39,993 nucleotides of DNA from contig NW_027192205.1 of assembly GCF_041956535.1 (NCBI RefSeq), positions 266,468 through 306,460 of the forward strand, given 5' to 3'. This document shows, piece by piece, positions 1 to 11,469 of the stretch (positions within the stretch are counted from its first letter, which is position 1; each line of letters begins with the position of its first letter). The position numbers and the translations under genes were made by a program. The DNA comes from Calcarisporiella thermophila CBS 279.70. Taxonomy: Eukaryota; Fungi; Calcarisporiellomycota. The notes under the pieces are model-generated. The model was not told the DNA's origin. It worked only from the letters and a program-made list of their open reading frames with translations, and did not search any database.

Positions 1-687
1 TTTTTTTTGTTTTTTTTTGTTTTTTCCCCTTTTTCTTCCTCCTCTGCACAAATGGAGAGTGATCCTAATTTTCTTTAGGATTAAAGAAAGGTTAATTTTA
101 ATTTAATAATTGGATACAAAGTAGTTACCACTTCCACTCTCACTAGAATATTTTAAGGGATCCATTAAGCAGCTTTGATTTTTTTAACACTGGTGCGACA
201 CTTTGGAAGCACTTAAGATTTCATTTGAAGACTTAATAGATCTTAATGTAACAGGAAATTGGCTGCTCTGTTTCTTATTACTAACTGCTTGTAGGGTCCT
301 CTTTGTTTTTTAGCATATGACCATATTCACCCTTATATCACGACTCTTCTAATCTTCAATTAACCTGGGTAATATTATTCTTCCTTATTATATCCTCAGC
401 TGTCTGTGCCCTATCACATTTAGAAAATACACGCCGCACTTATCCTTAAGATGCTTCCGTTTCTTATTATTCATTAAATCAATGAATATTTGCACTTTTA
501 CAATCTCTTCTTTTTAGAAATATTAAAAATTATATACACAAAAGCATCGCTTTCCAACTAACCGACTGCTCTCATAAAAATAGGCTATCTTTAATTAGAA
601 AAAACACATTTAGAATTGTCCAACTTTCAATTTGATTTTTTTTCCTGGATTTTTCTAATTCCACAAGGCATTAAAGATATCAATGGC

Positions 688-3600
688 TCATTCGTCAGCT
701 CCAGTGATATCGCCATACTCGAACATATTAAGCCGATCACGTTTAGCCGCCTCCATCGCTTCCTCGAGGGATTTCAGAGTCGAGGGATAGCGGCGTGCAT
801 ATTTCACTCGCGAGTCCACTAGGGCAAGACCGTCGCGCACTATTTCCGCATTGATGCTCGCGTCAGCACTACGGCTTCGCGCAGGATCATAGAGGGTGAG
901 ATGCATAACGCCATGCTCGCGATAGTCAACATTAGCGACGAGTTGTTTGCCCTCAGTAAGATCTTGGAAACGATTGCGAGCTTCAATGCCATAGTCCTTC
1001 TACATATCATTCATCAAACAAACATTTTAGCCATTATTTCTAGAATAAGTATCCCATAGACTTATTACCTCCAAAGAAGGGGCTGAGACGAAAGAAAGTA
1101 CAGCTTCATGAGCCTGGTGTGGGAGCTGCGTAAATTGTTGCGGAATAGGTCTGATGCGAGAGAGGGGTAGTGTCTCAGAGTTTCCATAGTCAACATACAC
1201 CACCTCTGCTTTTCCTTCTGCGGAAAAGATTTTTCGAACTCGTGCGCGATACCACTGATCATCAGCGGTAAAACAGGCAGACACCACCTCTCCCTGCCGT
1301 GGTTTGAAATCAGCAGGTCTTACCGCTGTGCGGTGATGAAGCGAAAACTCGGACATGAGACGTTCAAGTTGACGGACGCTGTCATTAATGATCTGAACAT
1401 AGAATTTTCCGCCATCGACAATTTCCGAGATGACAACGTCAATATACTCAGTTCGCGGGGTGTCGCCATCTTGTTCAGTAGTTGCGGAGGAAGCAGCGGC
1501 AGCGGCAGCAGCAGCAGCAGCAGCTTCTTCTTCCTCATCATAATTGGCCCAGAGCTGTAGAGGACCATTAAGATTAGAAAATATTTATAAAAGAAATTCA
1601 AGATCGTTGGATAAACATACGTTCTTTTTCTCTGCTTTGGCTTTGCGTTCAGCGGAGTAGAGCTGATTCGTGTACGGCGATTGGCTTGCACTGAACTCAT
1701 GCACAGTTGCAAGCCCTTGCTCCAAGAGTAAGCATGCAGCATTATCTGCGCGATTGTTCAGCCAAAGAGTTCCGATGAAGCCACCTGTCTTGTCCACACC
1801 CTCAATCTCGACCTCAACCTCACGTTGCCATGCAAGCCGACTAACAAACTCAAGAGCTTCTGGTCCATAAGCTTCAGGTTTCTGCCCGGTAGTTTTGCCA
1901 CCTGCACGAGGGCAGCGAATCCCACCCAAAACAAAAGTGATCTCGCAAGATTCCTTTGGAATGTAAAGACGGTATCGAGAACCATTTGCAATGTGTTCGA
2001 CAATAGCATTTACACGTCCACTGCGTTGTAAGTGAGGTAAAAATTGTTTTGCTTTTGCAAGGCTCTATATAACTTTGTCAGTTAAATTATAGACAGACTT
2101 GACCTTGGGGAGTAGGATGATAATACCTCAGATGCATCAGAGATACGATAAACCGGTGCTTCCTTCTCTGGAGGCTGGTGCACACCCTTTTGATCCTTCT
2201 TTGCTCTAGTATTCAAAAATTAATCAAAGGTAATTTCCGACAGATAAAACACGCTAGCGATAGTTTACTTTTCCTCAGCAATCATTAATTCATCATAGCA
2301 GGATGCTCTATTTTCGTCATCTTTACGATGATAAATCAAATGAGCCAAGCCTCGTTCTAGGAGTGCAAGGGCAGGATTCCTGAATAGAAAATATGAAAAG
2401 GCCATTATTAATCTAATTAAATGAATTAGCAATGCAAGAGCAATCTCACTTACAAGGTTCCTACTTTGATGGTTGCACACTCGCGCTCTTCAAAGCCATC
2501 CGAGGGGGGTTTAACGTAGTCGATGGTGACATGGACATTCTTTCCGATAAGTTTCTTACGTAGAAACTCTTTTGCTTCAAAATCTCTTCCGTATTCCTTA
2601 GGACCCCTATTGAATCACAGTTAAATTTCAAAAACCTATTGAGCATCATGCACCTCTAGCACCTACTTTTCAAACTTTTGTTCTGGGCGTCTAGATGATT
2701 TATAATGGAAAATTTAGCAATCTGGATTCAGCTACAATACAAAATAACACATACTTGGGAGCACGAATGCTGGCCAGCTGCAAACGTCTCTCAAGCCCTG
2801 TTTTGGGATCACGCACGATAATAGTGTCTCCACTGACGACCTTTAGCACCTGTGTATCAAATTCGTCCAGACGAGCTTTGCCGACGAATTCACGCCATAA
2901 ACGAAGTTTTTTCTCTTTAGCTTGGCTATGAGAACAATAAAAATATAAATCAATAGAATGTAAATGGATTTAAGATATATTCAACACAAACTTTTCTGCG
3001 GCGCGCAATATGGAAGGGCCATCAGTGACCATTGTGATACTCCAGCTGACTACTTTAGCAAGACCAGATGCCACCAAACCTTCGGCAATGTTTCCAGCAG
3101 GATGACGGACAGTGCCGATAAAGTTTTGGCTATTTGAGGAGATACCCTCAAGCAAGATCTTCACATCGCGTTGGAGGAGACGTGATTCAGTGAAGAATTT
3201 TGCCTAAAAGAAAATCCATCTTCAGCCATCCCCGCATCTCGATTGGAACCCTAAAATTAGAATATAAGCTCACCTCTTCACCGAAAGGCTCGACGGCATC
3301 CTCTTGCCCAGGGACTCCTTGACGGCAGGTCGGGCATTTAATGCCAGAAAGCAAAAGGGTGATATACTGTTGAACATTATTAGGAAGCAATAAAAGAACA
3401 CGAAGTGTAGAACCATCGCGGACTTGTTCAATAATGGCTAGCATAAGATGATCATCCCGCGTTAATAAATTCGCTAAAGTCGATAAATACAACGCCATTA
3501 CCATCCAGAGGAGTCCCCTTGTATTTCGAGAGAAGTTCACGAGGATCATCATCCAGACTATAACGAACGACGCGATCACCCTAATGAAATAAAAAGACTC

Positions 3601-4163
3601 TCTGAATATTCTTGACTAAGAGTTGCCGCATAAGCAGAAGAGCTCAAACCTCGCTTTTATCCTCTGACCAGATCCCTTTTTTCTGCTTCTCAGCTTCGTT
3701 TTGTAATTGCGTTAAAACTTCAATGTCCTCCGGGTTCGACTCGTCGCGGCGAGGCTGAACGCGTGCCCAGCCCTCGCGCACAAGTATATGCGCGACACTA
3801 TCCTGACCAACAAAAACAGAGCCATATTCACGCCCAGGCGTGCCTACGGTATATTCCGGCCGGAACGAGACCTCCTTGCCCACTACAAGCTTACGCAAAA
3901 AGTTACGTGCTCTGAATGCAAAAGGCTAAATTGGAAGCAACAGAACAATAATTGTGAGTCCAAAGATTGTGAATTCTTTGTTTTAGCGACAATTTCCAGG
4001 CTATCACCTCATCGGGCTTCTCTTTATTTCCGAGACGTGGAGCACTGATGTTGCTAATGGCAAGCAACCGTTCGGCTGGAGGACCATTGGGGCGAGGGCG
4101 GCCACGGAGAATAAGTGTATCACCAGAGAGAGCTTGCTTAACGATGGCTTTGTTTAGGGCCAT
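688..4163 (-). CDS. SND1: Tudor staphylococcal nuclease (Tudor-SN/p100), multi-exon
   Basis: N-terminus [37 protein letters not shown]. Repeated SNase-domain segments ([31 protein letters not shown]...GPEALEF). Tudor domain ([19 protein letters not shown]...[10 protein letters not shown]). C-terminus [14 protein letters not shown]. The ORF pieces are joined by short GT-AG introns. Confidence 0.97.
1491..1533 (-). repeat. Coding trinucleotide microsatellite, (GAA/GAG) followed by (GCT/GCC)n, giving [15 protein letters not shown] in the SN4-Tudor linker
   Basis: The + strand reads agcagcggcagcggcagcagcagcagcagcagcttcttcttc. Confidence 0.8.
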
Positions 4164-5438
4164 TTTTGGAGTATAGTTTTAATATTATTGAATTAAAAAA
4201 GAAAATAGATTTAAGGCTCTATTGAATGAAATCTCTCCACTTCTTCGTTTTTGTCGAGAATCTTTATTCCTTATTTCTCGTGTTAACTTTTTATTGGATT
4301 AAGATGTGTACAGTCGCGTGTCTGCTGTGCCGCAGCTTAAAAGGGAGCCCGATTTCATGATTGTTAGATCACGAGTCGCAGCTTGGCCATTGAATGTAGC
4401 AAAGCGATCGATACTGCAGCACCCACAAAATATATTGAGTATTGGCACGAGTTTATTTGGAAAGTAATAAAAGCACATTTACCAGGAGCAACTATAAGAG
4501 CATCAGCTCCGATGTGGTGGTATTGCCTCGAAGGAACTCTCGAATCCCATGGCCGCAAGAAGGATAACGGGCCACCGCTAATATTCCAGAGCATTGAAAA
4601 AAGCGATGAAAAGTTCAGTCTGCATAGTTCTAGCAGAGTCATCCGAATGATAAATACAGATCAATTGCTCAGACAAGCACCTTGTCCTAGAGAAATTTTA
4701 CCCACACTGCTCCCGGCGCGATGCAAGTGCCGCGGATTGTGCCTCCTTCCGATTCAAAAACGGAAAGAACGGTTTGAGGTTTAGGGGCCAAGGAATGTGG
4801 GAAAAGGCTAAAGCGAGCAAGGCTTGCCAAAATATTCATATATAGAGTTTAGCAACCCGTATTAATAGCATGCCCACGTGTGCAGGGGAGCTCAAGAGCT
4901 TATAGCATTTGAAAAATGTGGATTGATGCATAGATAAATTTTTGAGCTCTTGTATGTATAAGACAGGAATAGGCGGGCAGTTTTCCTCATGAAAATCGAG
5001 ACGGTTGATCAGAGCTTGGTAAATTAATTAGCAGCTTGGGCTCGCTCCCGTTCTAATACGGTAACAGCGATCAACGCCAAGGGCCCTTGAGGATATTCTA
5101 GACTCTCTCATCATGTCTTCTCCGCTCTCTGTATATTGAACAGGCTACACATTTTGCATTATACTGATTCTCTTAAGCCGAGCGTTTCAGATTCATAAGC
5201 TCGATATTGCTGGGAGGATCGAAGACGATTTACCTATCGAATCCTGGTCCAATAGAAAGCGGTTTGGGATCAAGCCAACAAAAAAAAGTTCTTTCCCCGG
5301 AGAGTGGAGGTTGCTTTGCGGAACAGAGAAAATCGTATACTCGTTTAATTTTTCACCTTCATTTTCCTCCCCATTTATCGCTAGCGGAACATCGGTAATT
5401 TCAGTGGTTTCGACAGCTGGAATAAGAGGTAATGTGTC

Positions 5439-7351
5439 ATGGAGCGCGCACATACTCTAGATGGCCATACCTACGAAGTAAATTTCTTATACTCGCCCAT
5501 GTAGTCCCTTTTTGTTTATTTCACTTCTTTACTAACGTTGATGTGGTATTTTTCTTTTTCCTCTCTAATTTTTAGACTCGCGATTCGACTCCAAGTGGGC
5601 TCAAACAACGCTTTTTCTCTCTGCGCAGTAATCGGCGGAAGCATTCAGTTGATGATTCCGTAAGCTTCCACTCGACTACATCCTCCGCATCGTCCTCTAC
5701 ACGCACCACCTCTCCTACACAATATTCGCGCCCAGCCTCCATTTGCTCTCCTGCAGATCATCCAAGACCCTATGCACCCGTGGAATATCGCCCACCAGTT
5801 GATAAGATGCGTCAAAAGAGCCGTTCACGTACCCGTCCTCTATCTGGGATATTCGAGTGGGGACGTCGTTCAAAAGAAGCAAAAGAGCTTAAAGAAGGAT
5901 ACAAGAAATTTAATGTTTATAATAACATTATGAATTATTCTATACCTAAAGTTGAAAAGGTAATTCTTATGCAAAATCTTACACTTCTAAGGCCCTTATC
6001 TCTAGATGGTGTTTTTTTTTAGCCATATCGACTGGATCAGACGAATGTGGATGGGTTTTCCAACGATGAGAATGATCAACTGGGAGAGGAAGATAACCTG
6101 AGTCTGGAATATGAATTGAGGGATGGAATTTCTCCCGAGAAAGTTCTAAGCTCGGGTTATAAGGAAGCGAATATCTTGGAAGAAGAGGAAGAGGATGAAG
6201 ATCTTGCAGATTTTGAAAAAATGGCACCTCGCCAACACCGACGCCGAGTCCCCTCCTTTTTCGACCCGCCTTCTCACCCACCCTTCTCCCATCCCCCACC
6301 CCCTCCTGCAACGAACTCTAGCCGTCCCATTGAAAGGAGCAGTAGAGTTGACTATCATCCCAAGCATCGCCCCTATGAAGTTCAAAATGCAGAGGATACG
6401 ACTCGTATTCGACAACTAGAGTCACAAGTCGAACAACTTACCCTTCAGAATGTCAGACTTCAGCGCGATAGTCGCTTGCAGAAAATGAATGCTGACCGTG
6501 AAATCGAATCAACCCGAAAACAAGCAGAAGAAGACCTCCATAGTTTGCGGCTAGTCAATGTACGGTTACAGCGGGCGAATCGAATTCTATCGCAAGAGTT
6601 GGACGAAAATGTCCATGAAATACAACGATTGCGACAAGCAAATGCCGAAGCTGGGCTTGGAGCCGAGTACCAGTTCTTGGTGAAGCAGTTAACACTCATG
6701 CATCAACAGGTAGATTATTCTATTGCTTTGATTAGGATGATCTAAGTCTAACGCATTTCACTTTTTGCTCCCCTCTAAAGATGGTCAGTGAGAGAAGCAT
6801 GTTGAGCGAGATCAAAAAAGATGCAACCTCTATGGTGGCAAGAAGATACTCGGCCTTCTCTCAATCAACCTCCTCCATAGAGAGAGAAGGGGAGCGCTCT
6901 CTCGAGGAGGAACGGAATACAACGGTAATATAATTGCTTTAACATCATCCAAAGTTTGTTCGCAGTCCAATAACCTACTGCTTTCATTTAGATGGAAAGC
7001 TCGATCTCAAGTCTCCAAAAGGATCTCAAGGACGAGGCCGGTTCTCAAATGGAGACAAACTACTCGGAACTTGAAGACGGGTACAAATCTGCAACTAGAC
7101 AAAAGAACTCCTCAGCAGAGGACAGCTGTTCGAGCTATTCGTCGACAGCAGACCAACGGAAATGGAGTGAGGCGGTCGGAGAAGTCGAGGAATACAACTT
7201 CCCGATGCCACCACTTGAGCCTTCAAGCATAAATATGCCCAGTCGTTGGATGTTGAATAACGGTCCAATTGCATACCCATATCCAAAGAACCCATCGGAA
7301 GCGCACGATAGCGATTCGCAGCGGCGGGATTCACCTATTGTCACTGGCTGA
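5439..7351 (+). CDS. Uncharacterised protein with Ser/Pro-rich and acidic disordered regions and a central coiled coil, about 5 exons
   Basis: Predicted exons: 5439-5477 (MERAHTLDGHTYE|gtaaat), 5576-5959, 6023-6709, 6781-6924, 6992-7351, all joined in phase 0. Heptad-like region IRQLESQVEQLTLQNVRLQRDSRL...LRLVNVRLQRANRILSQEL. The start codon is uncertain. Confidence 0.75.
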
Positions 7352-8218
7352 ACTCCTTCACTATTCCCGCCCATATATACAACCTTTAATTTTTTTATAT
7401 TTTAAATGCACTCTACCTATTTCCCTCTTTTCTTGGCTCACCATTTGTATGTTGCCATTCATTTTCATTGACGTTTCTTTTCTGTAATTTAGCCATTCCC
7501 TTACCATATTAAATTTTCTTAATATTATAATTAATAATATGGTTTATTCAAGCTTTGGTTTACCATTTAGTATAGTGCGACTTTTTTGAACCTTAGCTTT
7601 AAGCTTATTCACCCTAAACTCAAACCCGGTGGTTCAAGGTGGTCCTTAGATTTTTGGAGCTAGTACGCGAAATAGCCTCAACAAGGGTTTGTTCCTAGAG
7701 ATGATTGTTTTATTAGATCTAGTTGATGGAGCCAAGCCCGATATCGAAACATTAAAATAACTTTTACTCCAGCACTCATTTAGATAAGAGTAAGGTACAA
7801 ACCCATTTTTAATCCTATCGATAAAAGAACGGCTTATCATTTTCTCCACCTATTGCACCTTCCAACAGGCTTCCTATTATGGGGGGGGATCCTAACCTTC
7901 TAAGAAGAAGCTATTAGTGACAATATTTGATTGTAGGCAATGGGTATTATTTTTGGTTTGGTTTATTTTATAAAGGTGTAAAAAAAAAAAATAAAATAAA
8001 CACGCGATTTAAAGTCGACAAGTATTATCGAAACTATCACAGGAAATGGTCAATTTACTATATGTTAAAATATATATGATATAAGGAACACAAAGGCAAG
8101 CAAATAGCTGTGCCGAAAGAGTATCAAAAATAAAAGGAATCAAGCAACTATATATAAAAATATATCTACATAGAAAAGCAAAAGCAAACAAACAAGATCG
8201 CAATTTTTTTATAGAAAT

Positions 8219-9427
8219 CTATCGGGATTCAGCTTCGTCCTCGGAACTCAAGTTCGGGGACTCGATGCCGCCCAGCTCGCGGTCCAAGATGTAGTTGATG
8301 GCATCCAAGACGTGGTCTAATACCTTGCTTGCGGGGCAATTAGGATCGTCTTCCCGGGCAATACCGGTCTTAACGAGGATACCGTGCCATCCACAGGCTC
8401 GCGCGCCGGCAATATCGGAAGCCGGATTATCACCAATGGCGTAGATGGTCTCGGGCTGGAAGTCGTAGACCCCGTTTTCCCGAAGGTGATTTCGCATGGC
8501 CTCTCGTGCATATTCATAGGTCACGGCGTGCGGCTTGCCAAACTGAGTGTACTCGAGCTTCCGGCCAGTCGTCCATTCAAAGAGAGCGTCGAGGGCAAGG
8601 CGGAAGGCCCCCTGCCCATAGCGCGGGAGAGGAAAGTCGGTGGACCAGATAATATCGGGGTTGGAGAAGTAGATCGGCACCTGTTGGGTGGGCTTGTCTG
8701 TATCTTGCGCCGTCCCGAGGAACCCGCCGCGCGAGGTTAACACATCCACGATGATTTGCATGTCGCATCCCCAGTCGCGGGAATCGTGGAAGCACAACAC
8801 CGCAGCAATGGGCCGGGTCATGAAGTCGAAACGAACGTGCTCGTTCTCAGTAGCTGCCTGCTTATACTCAGGGGAGAGTTTGCGATACGGCCACACGGTT
8901 TGGTTCCAGGCTATGATGTCGTCGGGAACGGCAACATGCTTGAACCCATATTCATGGGCCACCTTGCGGCAGGCGAGCCCTTCGCCTCCCACCACGAGAA
9001 CTAGCTCGTCCTTGTACTTCTCGACCAGGCTCTTCATGGGCGTGTGGGACTGGACAATCTGCGTCTCGGTGACGGGGACCCCCAGTTGCTTGGAGAGTTT
9101 TTTGCTGCGTTCGTGTTCATGTACTCCTCCACCGTTGGTAATGAAGACGTAGGGGAGGCGTGTCTTGTATTTGTTTTCTCCGTTGAGAATACGGAGCGCC
9201 CGCTTTGCCTCTGGAAGAATGGTGCCGCCGCGCAGCAACACCCCATCGATATCAAAGGCAATTGCTGTGCGAGTGAGCCAGTTGTTGTTCTGGTGTTGGG
9301 AGATGATGTGGGGCATGGCGTCTTTGTGAGTACTCCGCGTGTCATGCTGGTGATGACTGTAAGTGGCAGTATGTGAGGAGGATGAGGAGGAAGGCTGATT
9401 TTCGAAATAATTCAAGGCTGGAGACAT
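8219..9427 (-). CDS. HAD-superfamily subfamily IIA hydrolase, CECR5/HDHD5 (yeast YKR070W)-like
   Basis: Intronless 402-aa ORF. Motif I AFDIDGVL, motif II FITNGGG, FSNPDIIW, motif III FGKP, motif IV YAIGDNPASDIAGA, GILVKTG. Confidence 0.93.
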   Translation of the reverse strand: MSPALNYFENQPSSSSSSHTATYSHHQHDTRSTHKDAMPHIISQHQNNNWLTRTAIAFDIDGVLLRGGTILPEAKRALRILNGENKYKTRLPYVFITNGGGVHEHERSKKLSKQLGVPVTETQIVQSHTPMKSLVEKYKDELVLVVGGEGLACRKVAHEYGFKHVAVPDDIIAWNQTVWPYRKLSPEYKQAATENEHVRFDFMTRPIAAVLCFHDSRDWGCDMQIIVDVLTSRGGFLGTAQDTDKPTQQVPIYFSNPDIIWSTDFPLPRYGQGAFRLALDALFEWTTGRKLEYTQFGKPHAVTYEYAREAMRNHLRENGVYDFQPETIYAIGDNPASDIAGARACGWHGILVKTGIAREDDPNCPASKVLDHVLDAINYILDRELGGIESPNLSSEDEAESR

Positions 9428-9950
9428 GATGATGTGATATATCGAGTTTTAATATGTATATGTCTATGCAGAGGTATAGAGAACCAGCTTGTGATTAATT
9501 TGAGAGAAGATGTTGAGCTACCACTCCCATTCTCCGTCGTCCTTTATATATATATATGATGCAAGCCGGTTTGAGCGAGGGCTTTGATAAACCAAGTCCA
9601 CAAACGGAGATACGATAACAAGAAGAAGGGTACTTCGGAGATATAAAGATATGTCTTTACGGAACGAAATGATTTCGACCATGTACCCCTAATTTTCAAC
9701 CAATGCTATTGCACGGCCGGTAAATAGGCTAGTCCATGATATCATCCCGTTATGGTGCTTTTGGTGACTGTTTCATTGGCAGGGAGGGGTCACTAGAACG
9801 CAAAAGGTCAAGGTCCAATTACAATCAACCCAAATCAAATTCTTATCTCGGGCTTCGTCTTCATCAATGTCCTTCTTAAATGAAGCTGAGAATCGTCCAT
9901 TACGCTTCTCCCCTCCAATGAAACCGGACAATTCACTCGCACTTATTCTT

Positions 9951-10003
9951 TTTTGACGTCAAAAGTGCTCGATTTGGCCGCTGCGGTGGCTCGGTTGACG
10001 TCA
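9951..10003. promoter_or_regulatory. Two CRE (ATF/CREB, TGACGTCA) sites in the divergent HAD/AKR promoter
   Basis: Perfect palindrome TTTTGACGTCAAAA at 9951-9964 and a second TGACGTCA at 9996-10003. Function is inferred. Confidence 0.5.
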
Positions 10004-10539
10004 TCCTCGTGTAAATATTCTTTCTTATCTTTACCCCCTCCCATTATCACCTTCCAATCGTGGTGAGATCGATCATGGTCGGCCCTAATCTCTGCCTCTC
10101 TGCTTCCTAGGGGTCTCCGCATTACGGGTCACTTAGCTTTTTGGAAAGAATGCTGATGTTTAGCAATGGAGCAAACAAATAGCTTAATCTCTTATCACCT
10201 CATATCCTAACAAAGCTGCTCCTAAGGAATCGGACGCAATTACTGCCGGCGCAGCCGATATTCACTAGTTTGGAATCAGCTCGTGCCATTGGACCCAGAA
10301 TCCTAATGCCTGTCAGTTCTGCCGGCTTCTCTGTCCCTAATATTGATTCATTTTCTAGCAAGATATAAAAATCCCCCCGGCCATGATTTTTTGGTCTCGG
10401 CCCATACTCTTCTCTCCCTTCTTCCCTCTAATTTCTCCACCCCTACATTTACACACCAGCCCTCTCTACTTGCTTGTTCTTGGTAATTCTTTTAATTCTT
10501 TATTACTCCAATACACATATTCGAATATTAAAAAGACAA

Positions 10540-11469
10540 ATGGCTCTCAACCGCGTTTTCACACTCAACACCGGCCAGAAGCTACCTGCTCTTGGCCTTG
10601 GAACCTATCAGACCGAGTCTGCCGATGAGCGAGCTGCCATGAAAGATTCCATTATTCATGCGCTCAATATTGGTTACCGCCACATCGATTGCGCCCATTG
10701 TTATCATAATCAGACACTAATCGGGTCGGCCATTAAAGAATGTAATGTGCCGCGATCGGAGCTCTTCGTCACTTCGAAACTGTGGAATACCTTCCACCGC
10801 CCGGAGCTCGTCGAGAAAGGACTCGACAAAACGCTCAAGGAGCTGGGTCTGGATTACTTGGACTTGTACTTAATTCACTGGCCGGTGGCGTTCAAGCCTG
10901 GAGAGGAGGACTATCCTACTGATGAAAATGGCAAATACTTAGTCGAGGATGTAAACATTACTGCAACATGGAGGGCGATGGAGAGGCTGGTCGAAAGCGG
11001 AAAAGTCAAGGCCATCGGGGTCTCCAACTTTAACATTCCGAGGCTGAAGGCTCTCCTTGCCGAGGCAACCATTGTTCCCGCTGTGAACCAGATTGAGGCG
11101 CACCCGTACTTGCTGCAGGAGGAGCTCTTCAACTTCTGCAAAGAAAAAGGCATCCATATCATGGCGTTTTCACCTCTGGGTGGTCCCCGAACGCCCCGCA
11201 CCCTGGATGACCCAGTGATCCAGCGTATTGCCGAGAAGAACGGCAAAACTCCCGCGCAAACCATCCTCTCATGGGGCATCCAGCGCGGAACTTCCGTCAT
11301 CCCAAAGTCGAGCAATGCGAAGCGGGTGGAAGCGAACTTCCAAGATTATGTTCTTCCGAGCGAGGATTTCGAACAAATCACTCAGCTGGGGCGTGAACGT
11401 TTTGTACGCTTTTGTAGTTCGCTACAGATGTGGGGCGTGGATGTCTTCGAGGATGACCCAAAGCAATAA
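10540..11469 (+). CDS. NADP(H)-dependent aldo-keto reductase (AKR1/GCY1/YPR1-like)
   Basis: LNTGQKLPALGLGTY, GYRHIDCAHCY (catalytic D and Y), LFVTSKLW (K), LDLYLIHWP (H), KAIGVSNF, NQIEAHPYL, VIPKS. True ATG at 10540; the track's 10474 start is a TTG. TATA-like TATAAAAA near 10364. Confidence 0.96.
   Translation: MALNRVFTLNTGQKLPALGLGTYQTESADERAAMKDSIIHALNIGYRHIDCAHCYHNQTLIGSAIKECNVPRSELFVTSKLWNTFHRPELVEKGLDKTLKELGLDYLDLYLIHWPVAFKPGEEDYPTDENGKYLVEDVNITATWRAMERLVESGKVKAIGVSNFNIPRLKALLAEATIVPAVNQIEAHPYLLQEELFNFCKEKGIHIMAFSPLGGPRTPRTLDDPVIQRIAEKNGKTPAQTILSWGIQRGTSVIPKSSNAKRVEANFQDYVLPSEDFEQITQLGRERFVRFCSSLQMWGVDVFEDDPKQ

Noticed and set aside
1-600. AT-rich stretch, possible decayed transposon
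   Set aside because: No terminal repeats or transposase/RT motifs could be recognised.
8317-9376. Long overlapping or antisense ORFs over the HAD gene (similar cases over the AKR, MFS, kinase and GATA-PHD genes)
   Set aside because: These are expected shadows of GC-rich coding sequence and carry no independent motifs.
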